NCBI GenBank assembly: GCA_977030845.1
Contig: OZ365112.1
Coordinates: 2,728,001 to 2,792,000, forward strand
Origin: Fimbriosthenelais zetlandica
Lineage: Eukaryota
DNA length: 64,000 nt
Direction of reading: 5' to 3'
The notes under the pieces are model-generated. The model did not search any database. It was not told where the DNA came from and saw only the letters and a program-made list of their open reading frames with translations. The position numbers were made by a program, and so were the translations under genes. Of this stretch, positions 38,786 to 51,600 are shown piece after piece. Position 1 is the stretch's first letter; each line of letters begins with the position of its first letter.

Positions 38786-38978
38786 TGGTGGCCCAATCTG
38801 CCATAGAATCCAGTGTAAATGTCGCCTGCCGCGATTCGCTTGCGATGCTTCCACATCTGCAGCTATGAAGTCCATCTGCTTGTGCTTCTACACACTGGAG
38901 GGGGTTGGTGGTGTGAGATGGGGAGGCTGCTGCTGCTGCTGCTGTGGCGCTAGCTCGCTGTGGGTTTGAGGCACCGGA
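38786..38978 (-). other. Candidate 193-nt coding exon (poly-Ala-containing)
   Basis: GGTTTTGCTCTAG| open frame SGASNPQRASATAAAAAASPSHTTNPLQCVEAQADGLHSCRCGSIASESRQATFTLDSMADWAT |GTAAGT; GC-rich relative to flanks; no recognised homologue. Confidence 0.3.
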
Positions 38979-39959
38979 CTAGAGCAAAACCAGGAACGCT
39001 GCACCTCTCAAATGCTGGCGGAGAGTCCGGCGGTACAGACACATATACAAACAGTGGGAGGCGTTAGTGTGAGGCTGGTATACTGATCTACAAGGGGAAC
39101 GCCTGACATTGTCACACAGTGATCACACTAAACTCTAGGATATCCTTACTCTATATACCAATACTGATAATGGTAACTCATACTGAAAAATAGGAGGCTG
39201 CGGAGAGGAGGAGGAGGTGGAGGAGGGGAGGGGAAGGAAGGAGATTGGACACATTTGGATCCAGAGATATGGAGTGGTTTTGGTAATCCAGTGGTCATGG
39301 CTAGGCTAGGGGGGCTAATTTGATACTGACAGTCACCCCCCTGTTCCAGGGACTGCCAGCATTGTCACTGTGAGGTGTTGTTTGTACCATTCTCCACTCA
39401 CTCCTGGGGGTTTATTTGGTGTTGGTTTGACTACCCGCCCCACCTCAGGGTTGGAGGGTTGGTGGGTGGGGGCCGACTAAAGGCAACCAACACCATCTCA
39501 CCCCTTCATCCATACACCATACACCCTCCCCACCATCCACCTGTCCACCACACCCATACCCTTCCTATACAGTCACAAGAATTCCAAGATTCTGAAGCAC
39601 AACAAGACTGGTAGGACTAGGGACGGGAACACTTGGCACACACGGCACCCTAAACTGCACACATACATGCAATGGCAAGGATGGGGATTTAAGCCAAAGC
39701 ATCTGTAACTGGTAGAAGCCTTTTTAACTCTACCTTGGCAAAGATAACCAGAATGTCTTTCACGAAGAATTGATTCAGTACAGTCTTATTCAAAACAAAG
39801 CCATTGAAGAGAGGGTGGGAATTGGCACTGAAACATTTAGGAAACTTATCAAGACTGAGAAGGAACAAGCGTGTGACATGTGACTTGTCACTGAACAATC
39901 TACTGGTAAAGGCCACAAAACTATCACAAGCCTGAAAAGACACATTCCAAGCTACACGG

Positions 39960-41050
39960 ACCATACATATCTACTACAACCCACAGCCAACTGTCAGGAA
40001 CAACGAAACAAGAAACTTACACAAGACATCTTGATGCAAGGAACACCGAGATATTCACCGAAACGGGCTGTTACTTCTAAACTTTTGTAAAAACCATATC
40101 AAGTTTGGAGCAAGGAATCCCACCAATCTGCTTGTTATCTGCTGCTCAGTGACCAATATACACTACAATCGATCTAGATGAGTTACCAGCTTCACAAGCA
40201 GATTAATCAACTGTAATTGCTCATTAATTAACATGTAATTTAGAAGGCTACTATAGTAAGCGACAAGGGGAAAGCCTATACCAGATTTCCAACCCACTTA
40301 CAAAGGCTGTTACTGGATCCATAGTAATCCCCTGGTTGATCAGATGAGGCTGTGGTAGACTGGTAATGAATTAAGGCTATCATCCACGTCTGGATTGGGC
40401 TCATTAGTGGATTTACATACTTACCAACAAGTCTCCATTTCAGCAAAACGTGCAGTTAACCAAAATCAGTGCCAAAGTAACATCCGCACCCACTTGTGTG
40501 TCACAGTTGAAAAATGGATTCTCAAACTAACAAAGATCAGAGGAGCCTACGATTAGAATCCATCCGGCAGGGCAATGGTATTATCATGAACGGTTTGTTC
40601 TACAGTCTTTAAAACTCGGCTATAATCCATCTAAACTGGTCCACCTTCTCACAGGACCAAGCCAAGTCACTGACGAAACTAACCAAGCCCTGCCAAGGTG
40701 TTCACTCTCTACCAACCAAGGCAACGTCAGCAACACAAGTGTGCAAAATAAACAACAACATCTACTACTACCTCTGTCAGAGCAACAAGCAAAAGAAGCA
40801 AGCAATATAAGTGTATATATAAACACCTCTACTGTGATTTGTGTCTGAATTAAGAGTACAACAAGGAATCCTAAGATGTAACAAAAATCTATTTCACAAT
40901 ACTCTCCTCCCATCAAAAATGGACCATATTTCACCAAGGTGCTCCTCATCCTAAATTAACGCAGCTTATACCTGGTACATTCGCATTCAAGCCTTCGCCG
41001 GGCCAACTAACACATACACTAAGAAGCTTAACAGAAGCCAGCATTTTCCC
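39960..41050 (+). pseudogene. Decayed LTR-retrotransposon (Gypsy-like) integrase
   Basis: Motifs in the correct order despite stops and frameshifts: TIDLDELPAS (40165, first D), TIVSDKGKAYT (~40250, second D), SDEAVVDW**IKAII (40340, resembling G.VER.N.TLK), YLPTSLHF..HPHPLV, and KNGPYFTKV (~40915, GPY/F domain). LTRs not found; the element probably extends over ~39600-41930. Confidence 0.7.
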
Positions 41051-41940
41051 GAGGAAGATCTTTCTCCATCTGAACCGAAAAGAGACATCTGGAATCTGTG
41101 GGATCTTCACTCGGACCAGACGGTGATTGACTACCGATGAAGCAGACCGACCTTCTTCTGAAATTGACAGCGAGTTAGAAGGCTGGAGATGTGACTGGTT
41201 GAAAAGCTAACAAAATGACCATAAGCTAAACTTGTAACTATTATCTTCTAAGCTATCACTTTATTTAAACTGCAACCAACAAGGCCTTAAAGGAACGTAA
41301 CTGTACATAACAATCCAAGAATACTGAAGGAAACGTGATTTTAAAACCCACGATAAAGGAACGAAACTAGAAACAAGAAAGTCTACCACCAGTAGGCGAT
41401 GCAGCATGAGGCCTAAGCAATAAACAACGAAGTAGACCTTCTTCTGATAGCTGTGTTACACTTTAAGCTTACACAGTAAGCTATGCTTTAGCTATTACAT
41501 AGCTGACTAACCAAACATCTCCTGTACCGAAACGGGACCTACCTATACCAAACACGGTATAGACCAGTATATATTTTCTACCAGGATAAATATATACTCG
41601 AGGCTCAGAACAGGAGTACTAATACAGTACTCTTTCTTTATAAGTCATCTGGATAAACAGGAACCAATGTTGATAACTTCATAATCCGACGGATCGGATT
41701 GTGTATACTGGTATCTGGTGAGGGCCAGAACCGGTACAACGGATCGCCTCGTGAGAACGGGGCTTTATACTAAACTTCTACTAGAGCGGGGTTCACATAA
41801 AGGCGCCACCCTGGGGCTGGCAAGCAGTCAGTCGGAGGCGGGGGACAGCGACGATGGGCACCAGGGCACCACGACAATGAGTATGATGCCGTGCCTGCGC
41901 TGGAAACGGCGCGATGAGGTAAGACGAGTACCGTAAATAA

Positions 41941-42150
41941 TGCCTGGTCCACACAGGTGCGATTCCCCAAACTGCGCGAAACTATATTTCTAGTCACATC
42001 CAATGCTTATAATTTTGTCAGTGGTTAGCCTTAGCTAGGTGTAAATGACTGTTCAAATTACAAGCATTTGGTGTGAATAGAAATATAGTGACTAGAAATA
42101 TAGTTTCACGCCACTATCGTTTGGGGAATCGCCTATATGTGGGCCCAGCA
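41941..42150. mobile_element. MITE family C, full length
   Basis: TAA-TGCCTGGTCCACACAGGTGCGATTCCCCAAA ... TTTGGGGAATCGCCTATATGTGGGCCCAGCA-TAA. Confidence 0.88.
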
Positions 42151-44109
42151 TAACCCGCGACCACTCGCTAAACCGTTATGAAATGAAGTGCTCGCAGAAG
42201 CTGGCAAGCTTTTGAAATGAGGATGAGGTGGATTTGAAATGATGGCCCACCAAATGAAGTGCTGGATCTTTCTGGGGGAGAGAGGGGTGGGGGGGGGGGG
42301 GCTATGGGGGCTCAGACCCCCCAGCTGTCCCCAGATTTATCTTTTCTTCACAAGTAGGTTAACTACTGTCTGTACATTATATCTTATAGGCAATCACAGG
42401 AATTCACAGTTAAGATCCCATTAAATCGCGGGAAAACAATTGCTGAAATTAAATTTCTTTGGGGATTGGGGGTTAGCTATATATATCCTACTTCAAGCCC
42501 CCTAGTTGCCAAATCGTGGATCCGGGGATGAATTAGTAATGATCCTAGCACATAATAAAGGTGCTTAGTTAGACTCCGGGTTGCGGTGAGGGGAGGTATG
42601 GGTAAGGAAGGCTGATGTGTTCCTTATAGCAGCAGTAGCTCACGCCAAGCCTAGCCTGGTCATGCCATATCTTGTGGCTATCTCAATTTGTGTTTCCTCT
42701 ATGGGGAATATCTCAGTAACCCGGAATCAGTTTCTATATCCTCTGAGACGATGGTTGCTCAGTGACCAAATGAATCAGTTTATAATGATTTTAATTTCAT
42801 TCCATTTTTCCCTCCCAAAAGGGTCGTGCAATTGAGAAAAATCAGTTTATAAGACAGGACTGTCGTTTAAAATTATGAGAAAGATTTTAAAATTGTCGGA
42901 GTGAGGATGTATTTGGTAGTTCAATACACTACTGGGACTCTAGGATTCAGAGTCCATATATCAACCCACTAATAAAGAATAAAAAACCTGATCGCTGGCC
43001 GCAGGAGTCGTCTATTCTAGCAGTTCCTCCCTCCCTCTCCTCCTAAATTCTCAATTCTGATCCATCTCTGACGAATTTCTCTCACTCCCCTCGTCCCCAA
43101 CCCAACTAATCATCGAGAATTTTCACAATCTAAATGAAGAAGTGGTGGGGGATTATTTTTTATTTGTCGGTCAAGGTTTCCTTATCGGGTTTGCACTTCT
43201 TGCTGATAGCTGCGGGGACTGGCCATTTTTACTCAGTGAAATGACAACTAGAGCTCGTGGGGCTGTTGGAGGTGGCTGGGCCTCCCTTATGTCTGATTTA
43301 TATCATTCTCACAGGCCTGAGTAGCTCAAGTATGAGCTACTCCCCAGCACCAGCCTAGAGGGGCTCAAAGATGCTCATAAATTCTGCTTGAAAGAAACTT
43401 AGTCACTTTGTCTGGCTTCCTAAACAATATCTTATATTGATAAGCATATGTCTCGGGGATTTTCTGTCTTCTGGCAGACTTAAAAGTTGGAAGATTTTAC
43501 CACTTTATTTTGTTTTATGAGACAACTAGTGTCTGAACTATAAATTGTGAATTAGAAACAAGTACTAGTTTCTTAATGCATTAGAAAAATACATAAACAA
43601 ATTCAAAATAACAATCTCAAGTTGAGCTCCCCTTCATTTAACTAATTTTTAAAAATGAATTATAAACAAACTGAAACCTAGAAGGGCTTCTATATCCTTT
43701 TTACAGATACAATTGCTGATTTTTATATTGAAAGAAAAACACGTTTATTGAACAATTTTAATGACTCTGCAAGCATTTTATTTTATTTTATAGCATTTTC
43801 ACCCTGTCCTGTCGTTTTAAATCATTTTAAAACACAACAAGTGGAAAAACAAATGCAAAAAAATGGAGAATAATAAGCGCAAATCGATCCATGTGTTAAT
43901 GCGTTTCTAGCATTAAGACATGAGATTTCATGACGAGCATTTTTGGTGCTTTTAATCTGACGTCTACCTGTGTAACATTGCGTGGGGAAAATATCAGGTT
44001 TGGCCACTTACTCCTCCTGGCTTTTTATCAAATTACAGTCAACTCTCGCTAATGCGACCCCCTCCCCCCCCCCCTCCCCCACCCCCGCCCCGGTACTGAA
44101 CTGAACTGA

Positions 44110-44265
44110 ACTGTGCCCTCGTCGAGCGATTGCATTGTTGAAGTGCTGCTTTTTTGAAAAAAGTGCTTGGACAACTGCTTGTTATTGCATTGTCCAAGCA
44201 TTGTTTTCTCAAAAACATTGCTTGTTCAATGCAATCGCTCCACGAGGGTACCCTCGCCGACCCAG
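44110..44265. mobile_element. MITE family D internal fragment
   Basis: Close match to 19800-19945 (GTGCCCTCG..GCGATT..TTGTTGAAGTGCTG..GCATTGTCCAAGCA..AATGCAATCGCTCC.CGAGGGTAC). Confidence 0.85.
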
Positions 44266-45039
44266 GCGTGTTAGTTGAGTTACCACTAAGATACCAATGT
44301 ACACCGAATATTAGAGTTTCTGTCCCAAGCGATATTTCATCGCATTGTTTTGTCGGTTTAGTGGATGACGGGTATAAGGAGTGTGTGGGATGATCAGATA
44401 TAATATTATATAGAGATGATAGTGAGAGGTATGGAGACTTGATCATTTATATTTCATGAGATCCTACACTTGATATGGAATGACAGTCATGTACTGGGCC
44501 ACGGTGTGGGTCAGCGGGTTACAGAGGTGTCCTATACCTCAAACCAGACCTACATTAATATTTATCATCATGCTAGAGACCTCTACAAGTCTATTATATG
44601 ACCAGAATAAGCTTGAGAATTAAATAAATGTCTAGGACCAGAAGAAGCTTGAAAATTGAATGAATTTCAACGACCTGAATAGGTTTGAGAATTGGATAAG
44701 AGATTTAAATGAATTAACTTGTTCTAGGAGATATGTAAGATTCAAAATCAAGCTGTTCTATAGGCCCGCATTGCTAATAAATTAGCAAATTATTACTTAA
44801 AAATTACCTAAATGAAACTTTAATTACTTGTAAATTATTATGAGTGTGTATGCAGGCCATTGTCCAAACATAGGCTAAGCATTGTTGTGCAACGCAACCT
44901 TTTTGTAAAAGCTGAGTAAGAAATGACATTTTACGTCATTTATGAGAAGATGGTTATTAATTGTTGAAAAATAAGATCATTCCTGGAAAAAAACTGGGGG
45001 CGTTGCTCCACAAGAAAGTCGGAATTGTGTTGAAGGGAT

Positions 45040-45290
45040 GCCAGAAATCGTAAAAATGTGCACAGGTGGGCTGTTTGCTATGTTTTCAGTAAATGGCTCT
45101 TCCCGCCTACTGTGCCGCGCCAGGACCTCCACCCTGGAAACCCAACACGTGTTCCCTTACATCTGGCAATGTGCCAAACAGAGACGCTGCCACAGGTGTC
45201 GATAGGCCAGGTGTGGTGGGGGGGGGGGGAAGGGTGTGGCGAATGCTGAATGGAAAAAAGATACTGCTGCAGAGAAGGTGTCGGATTGGG
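45040..45290 (+). pseudogene. Possible LINE ORF2 C-terminal relic
   Basis: NGSSRLLCRARTSTLET...C..C resembles the GS.LLF.AR.G.L.T segment that precedes the C-terminal zinc knuckle of some non-LTR ORF2 proteins. By eye only. Confidence 0.3.
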
Positions 45291-46147
45291 GGATCCGAGG
45301 GAAAGGGGAGATGGAAGGCGGATGGAGAGGCGGAAGGGGATGGGGAGCCGGAAGGGGATGGAGAAGGTATAGATGAGGGAGGGGATGGAAGAAGAGGGAA
45401 GGGAGAAGGGGAAGGAAAAGAGTTGTACTGCGTGCATGGGAAGCATAGGAAGGCAAAATAAAAGGAGGAAAAGGGAAGGAAAGAGAAACAGGGAAGAGGG
45501 ATGATACTAGACATCTAGGAGGATTAGGAATATTCAAAACGCATCACAGATTGACTTGACACTCCTGACCATGTCAATTTACACCAAATGACTCTCAATT
45601 TAATGTTATTTGATCATCCAAATGTCATCAACCGAAATTGGTGCCATTTAGAACGATATAATCATCAGTCAGACCATTGCATGTGTATCACATCTTGGAG
45701 CAGTGAGCTTTTCAAATGCTCCAGGTGCTCCTCCCAGCCCTCCTCTTCCCCCTCCCTCCCACCCTCTACCTCCCCCTCCCTCCCACCCTCTACCTCCCCC
45801 TCCCTCCCAGCCCTCCTCCCCCTCCCTCCCTCTACCTCCCCCTCCCTCCCTCTACCTCCCCCTCCCTCCCTCTACCTCCCCCTCCCTCCCTCTACCTCCC
45901 CCTCCCTCCCTCTACCTCCCCCTCCCTCCCTCTACCTCCCCCTCCCTCCCTCTACCTCCCCCTCCCTCCCACCCTCCCCCTCCCTCCCACCCTCCCCCTC
46001 CCTCCCACCCCCACCCTCTACCTCTACCTCCCCCTCCCAGCCCTCCTCCCCCTCCCCCTCCCAGCCCTCCTCCCCCTCCCCCTCCCTCCCAGCCCTCCTC
46101 CCCCTCCCTCCCACCCTCTACCTCCCCACCCTCCCCCCATCCCTCGC
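45290..46147. repeat. Purine-rich tract (45290-45500) and C-rich ~20-bp repeat TCTACCTCCCCCTCCCTCCC (45727-46147)
   Basis: Directly visible; explains the Pro-rich ORFs. Confidence 0.9.
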
Positions 46148-46714
46148 CCTAATTCTCTAACGAAGAAAGCTTTTTCGCAATTAGACCCGGCTCTTATTAT
46201 CCACCATACATCCATCCATGATTAGACCTTATTTCCCTGGCTGCGAGGCCTGCGACCTTTGTTTCATTAAGTTATCTGTGAGAGACGCTCACAATTAGTT
46301 GCGATGACGGGTTTTTTTTTTATGAAATCCAAGTCTAGTAGCGTGACGTAAGTGTGTTGAGGTGAGGGGGGAGCTGTGCTTCTTGCCTACCATAATGATT
46401 ATAAGAAAGTATCTGCTTATATCTTGGAACCTTGCTGTGAGCTCAATCAATAAAAGTGTATCGTGCAAGCAAGAGCAATATGACTATAGATCATGCAGGC
46501 GTACCATTATTAAATCCCACCTCCATATTGCCTGCTCTCCTTATTTATTGCCAGGCCATTCCATCTATCCTTATCTCGTCTAAATTTCTCGGTTTGGGGA
46601 TTGGAATCTGCACATTTCTTCCTCATTCTCTTGGTCTGTGGGTGTGATTTCTGTTTAGCAATTTGTAGGAGCAATTTCCAGCCGCATCTTTGGTTGTAAT
46701 GGACTCATTCCATG

Positions 46715-47011
46715 ATTCTGTCTCTCTGTCTCTTCCCCGTCTCTTACGTGGTCTCCCATTTCTCCCGCTCTCTCTTCCCCTACTATTTCTCTCACTTTCT
46801 CTTCACTCTTTTCCTTCAACTCTCTCTCTACATGTCTCTCTTTGCCCCTCTCTCTCTCTGTCCCTCTCACTCACTCTCCCTCCTCTCTCTCCTCTCTCCT
46901 TCCCATATCTTCCTTGGTCTCCAATCTCTCTCTTTCCCTACCATATCTCTCACTCTCTTTCACTGTCTTGCTCTACCTTTCTCTCTCTCTATCTCTCTCC
47001 TTCTCTGTGTC

Positions 47012-47071
<60 letters not shown>

Positions 47072-47072
47072 C
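46715..47072. repeat. (CT)n tract ending in (CA)n
   Basis: Directly visible. Confidence 0.88.
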
Positions 47073-47754
47073 TTTACCTTAAAGGTAGCAGCTTTAAGCA
47101 TCTAAACCTGTCGCACCTTTCTCAGCCCTATATACTATAGATCTATACCTCCCCCACCCACCATCCTCCCCCTCACCGTCTACTCGGGTGTCTATTGGCC
47201 TAATAGTCTCACACTCTTTTCTATTATACTTTTTCCTTCCTTTACAACTCACTAGTATTTGATCAGCCCAGAAGGGGGCGCTCCGACGACAGCTTTTCCA
47301 AGACAAATAGTCGGGTGTAGTCTGCTACATTTCCATGGAAATATGCGCCTCTACCAAGTTCATTTTCCACCCATTGTTCTTTTATCGATCGGGCCTCACA
47401 TGAATATTCCATGTATGCTTTTTACGAGTGTAAATCCGGCACTCAAGATGAGCCTCAACAATTTAAAGGATGAAAAAAATCAATAAGTGTTTTACATATT
47501 GTATACAAACTTAGTGGGGGTGAATGTTTGATTGGTTTTGCCCGCCTCGTGCTAATTAATGCACCACTGCGCACCCAGGACCCGGTCTGGTGATGTCCTA
47601 TTAAATTTTTCCCCACCATTAAATCCGGGTAATTTGCATATTCAACGGACAGGCATCTAATGAATAGATGCCTGGAAAAACTGACTGTTTAACGGAGTTT
47701 GATTGGATGGAACATGAAAATATGACACTTGCTGCTAACTGGGATGCTGAAATC

Positions 47755-48410
47755 CAACCATGTCTCCCACTTTTTATGGTGAGAGGCATGTAATAGGTCA
47801 GCCATGTCGCCCACTGTCTGGTGAGAGGCATGTAATAGGTCAGCCATGTCTACCACTGTCTGTGGTGAGAGGCATGTAAAAGGCCAGCCATGTCTACCAC
47901 TGTCTGTGGTGAGAGGCATGTAAAAGGCCAGCCATGTCTACCACTGTCTGGTGAGAGGCATGTAATAGGTCAGCCATGTCGCCCACTGTCTGGTGAGAGG
48001 CATGTAATAGGTCAGCCATGTCTACCACTGTCTGTGGTGAGAGGCATGTAAAAGGCCAGCCATGTCTTCCACTGTCTGTGGTGAGAGGCATGTAAAAGGC
48101 CAGCCATGTCTACCACTGTCTGTGGTGAGAGGCATGTAAAAGGCCAGCCATGTCTACCACTGTTTGTGGTGAGAGGCATGTAAAAGGCCAGCCATGTCCT
48201 CCACTATCTGTGGTGAGAGGCATGTAAAAGGCCAGCCATGTCGCCCACTGTCTGGTGAGAGGCATGTAAAAGGCCAGCCATGTCTCCCACTGTCTGTGGT
48301 GAGAGGCATGTAAAAGGTCAGCCATGTCGCCCACTGTCTGGTGAGAGGCATGTAAAAGGCCAGCCATGTCTACCACTGTCTGTGGTGAGAGGCATGTAAA
48401 AGGCCAGCCA
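47755..48410. repeat. 42/44-bp minisatellite, ~15 copies
   Basis: Unit GGTGAGAGGCATGTAAAAGGCCAGCCATGTCTACCACTGTCT(GT). Confidence 0.97.
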
Positions 48411-50017
48411 TAGAAATACATCTAAAATATACATCCCTTTCTCATCATGACATAGTCTTGGTTGTTGCTGTTTTGCCCATTAGAACAATCACAATCTGGT
48501 ATTTCTGTGTTTGTGGGTGTGGACGGGTGACTTTGTGCTAGGGAGGGGGTAGGGGGCCAGGGGAGTGGGGTGCTGGGGTGGGGCAAGGGGAGTGAGATGG
48601 CAATGGTGATGGTGGAGGGGTGGCGGGTGGGGAGGGAATGGCATGGGTTGGGGGCGAGGGGCAAGGGGAGTGGAATGGGAATTGTGGTGGAGGGATTGGA
48701 TGGTGGGGCAAGGGGCGTGGGTTGGGGGTTGGGGTGTAAGGGTTGGGGGTGTGGAGTGGGGGTAGCTGCCCGGGATCGGGAGGCAAGTTGGGGTTGTTTG
48801 GGTGTTTGTGTGTAACTGTAACATTTCAAATGTGGCAGGGTGCTGGGTATTGGCGGATATTTGACTCTAGGTCATATATCATCGATGAGAACCAGTAGAG
48901 CTGACAGAATGAAAATGGAACAGTTCACAGATCAAACCTGATCACGTGGTCCAGGAGCACCCGAGTGCAATAATAAAACTGTATCACCTTCCCGGGTTCT
49001 GGTGCTGGTCCGGGCAGAGGAGAAAACTAGCACACGGTGCTTCCAATCGATCAACTTTACACTTGGCATTGTTTTGACATTATCGCTTCACAGTGATGTA
49101 TGGATGGGATGAAACGGCAAAAATGTTCCTCACTCACAGAGCTCCGGCATGCCTTTATAGTCAGAGAACAATGGATTCTGCTCTGGCTTCTTGAAAAGGA
49201 GCGAGCACGAATAGAGAACTGAGATAATATTTTTATTGGGAATTTTCTAACATGGTGAGGATAGGGATTAGGCTTGTTTTTCAAGTTTCATATTGTTCAC
49301 CAGTGGATTGAGTGTGAAGGGATTATTGAACGGTTAATGAAACTGAACGAATTCCCCGCCTTATATGATGAGATGAAAGGAAATTAGGTCTGTTCTGTTT
49401 ATGGTGGGAGGGTAGCAAAAATACCCCACGTTCCTAGCTTCATCCAGGCTGATGGCATTCCTAGAATGACTGGGGAATGTTTGGAACGCCATGGACAAAA
49501 CAGTATTCATGTATATAGGGCTAGGGGTTTCTGAAACTTATACTCCTTTGTTTCAAAAGAAAAAGTGCCTATCAAAATAACCTTATAAATAAACAATGAC
49601 GTTTAATCTTATGCCAAAGTCATATTCTCAGTTAGAAATTAATCTAATATCTCATATAAATATTAGAAAAAAACAAGTATTTTCTCTCAATTCCTCCTAT
49701 TCCCCCTCCCTCTACTACCAGCCACCCAACCCCTAACCTATAACCACCCCATATGTACCCGAGGCACACCACACTGCCATTCCTGGCTGAACCTGCCATG
49801 TTAAAACCTAGTCTGAATGTTACATTTAATTAGGTACTAAATGACCCTCCCCCGGCGCCCTAAAACAGCCTCCACCCACCTTATCATTGTATTCAGGGTT
49901 GTGATGTACTCACCCTGCCTTTTACATGCCCATCTCTGACCATCTTTTACTGCTCTTTCTCACGCTACATTTCTACTCACCAACACACTATCACTGCATT
50001 AGAAACCCTAAAATCTA

Positions 50018-50570
50018 CAGTGGAACCTCCCTAATGCGACCACTGTTGGTGCTATTGTGGTCGTATAGTGGGTTGGTTCCTTCAGTGAGAATGTCTTAGT
50101 GGTATTCTGACCATTTAGTGGCCGCATAGTGAGATGGTCGCTTTAGTGAGTATGTCTTAGTGGTGTTAAAACATTTGGTTCTGATCATTTAGTGGTCACA
50201 TAGTGAGATGGTCGCTTTAGTAAGTATGTCTTAGTGGTGTTAAAGATTTGGTTCTGACCATTTAGTGGTCACATAGTGAGATGGTCGCTTTAATGAGTAT
50301 GTCTTGGTGGTGTTAAAACATTGGTTCTGACCATTTAGTGGTCACATAGTGAGATGGTTTCTTTAATGAGTATGTCTTGGTGGTGTTAAACAATTTGGTT
50401 CTGATCATTTTAGTGGTCACATACTGAGATGGTTGCTTTAGTGAGTATGTCTTAGTGGTGTTAGACCATTTAGTTCTAACCATTTAGTGGTCGTATAATG
50501 AGATGGTTTCTTTAGTGAGTATGTCTTGGTGGTGTTAAACAATTTGCTTATGGCCATTTTAGTGGTGGCA
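50018..50570 (+). mobile_element. TA-CAGTGG-terminated non-autonomous element carrying a ~73-bp internal tandem array (~6 copies)
   Basis: TA-CAGTGGAACCTCCCTAATGCGACC terminus, followed by repeats of TTTAGTGGTCACATAGTGAGATGGTCGCTTTAGTGAGTATGTCTTAGTGGTGTTAAAACATTTGGTTCTGACCA. Confidence 0.65.
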
Positions 50571-51119
50571 TACACTTGTATACCAATAAATCGACCAATA
50601 CCAATATTCTGACCCCACTTGTTTTTATAATAAATAAAACATTTTCACTTCCCTCTGGGATGGTCTAAACTTCCTGATGCCTGGTCTGTGAACTGCAAAC
50701 CCAGCCAGACTCCCCAGCAGTACCAGGACTGGGACGCCCACTGTCAACATGCTAATTTGTTAGCTTCAGAATTATCCTGAAGAAGTCATTTTTCATGTTG
50801 GTGTGGAGGAAAATTGGCACAGCTCAGTTGGGGAACGATAAGACTGGGTGGGTGTGTGGTGGGGTGCTATTTGCCCTGAACACCTAACTACTGCAATTGT
50901 GAGAGCAGCTTGGTTAATTTCACAATGGAGGTTTCCCACAGGGTGAGGGAGCGCCGGAGGTTGGGGATTTCAACACTCGCTCATTCCAAGCAGACCTAGA
51001 ATCAAGAGCCTAGAGCTGAAGAGAGACGGAGAGAAAGTGTGTTTCTATTTTTGACTTGATCACGGCTCAAGATACAAGGTCTGCATGTCAAATAGGGGAG
51101 GCTCAGAGCCATGGGTAGG

Positions 51120-51600
51120 ATGGGGCTGAGGGAGGTGGTGGGAGAGAGAAAGAGAGATGGAGAGCGATGGAGAGTGGAAGAGAGACAGAGGGAAAGAGAG
51201 ATGGATACAGTGGGAGAGTGAAAGAGAGACAGAGAAAGAGAGATGGAGAGCGATGGAGAGTGGAAGAGAGACAGAGGGAAAGAGAGATGGATACAGTGGG
51301 AGAGTGAAAGAGAGACAGAGAAAGAGAGATGTACATAGAGAGAAAAAGATGGAGCAAGCGGGAGAGTGAGAGATATGGAGAGAGATGGAGAGTGAAAGAG
51401 AGATGGAGCAAGCGGGAGAGTGAAAGAGAGACACAGAGAAAGAGAGATGTAGATAGTGATAGAGAAATAGTGAAAGATAGAGTGAGAGAGATGGTAGGGA
51501 AAGAGAGAGAGAGACAGAGACAAAGACACAGAGACAAACATACTGAGAGAAACAGAGGCTGAAAGATGGCAGAGCAAAAGGGACAGATTGGATGAGGGAG
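51120..51600. repeat. (GA)-rich tract with internal duplications
   Basis: Directly visible. Confidence 0.88.

Noticed and set aside
38745-38860. + strand HLGHGTAPLIPLTYWWPNL resembling an integrase zinc finger
   Set aside because: No correctly spaced CxxC follows, and it lies ~1.3 kb from the integrase core, which has its own closer candidate; possibly coincidence.
9711-48410. CRISPR-like appearance of the 28-50 bp arrays
   Set aside because: Units are head-to-tail with no unique spacers, there are no cas genes, and the context is eukaryotic.
49040-49270. LINE endonuclease-like FDIIA.SDVWM
   Set aside because: Requires a frameshift and lacks the other APE motifs; too weak to call.
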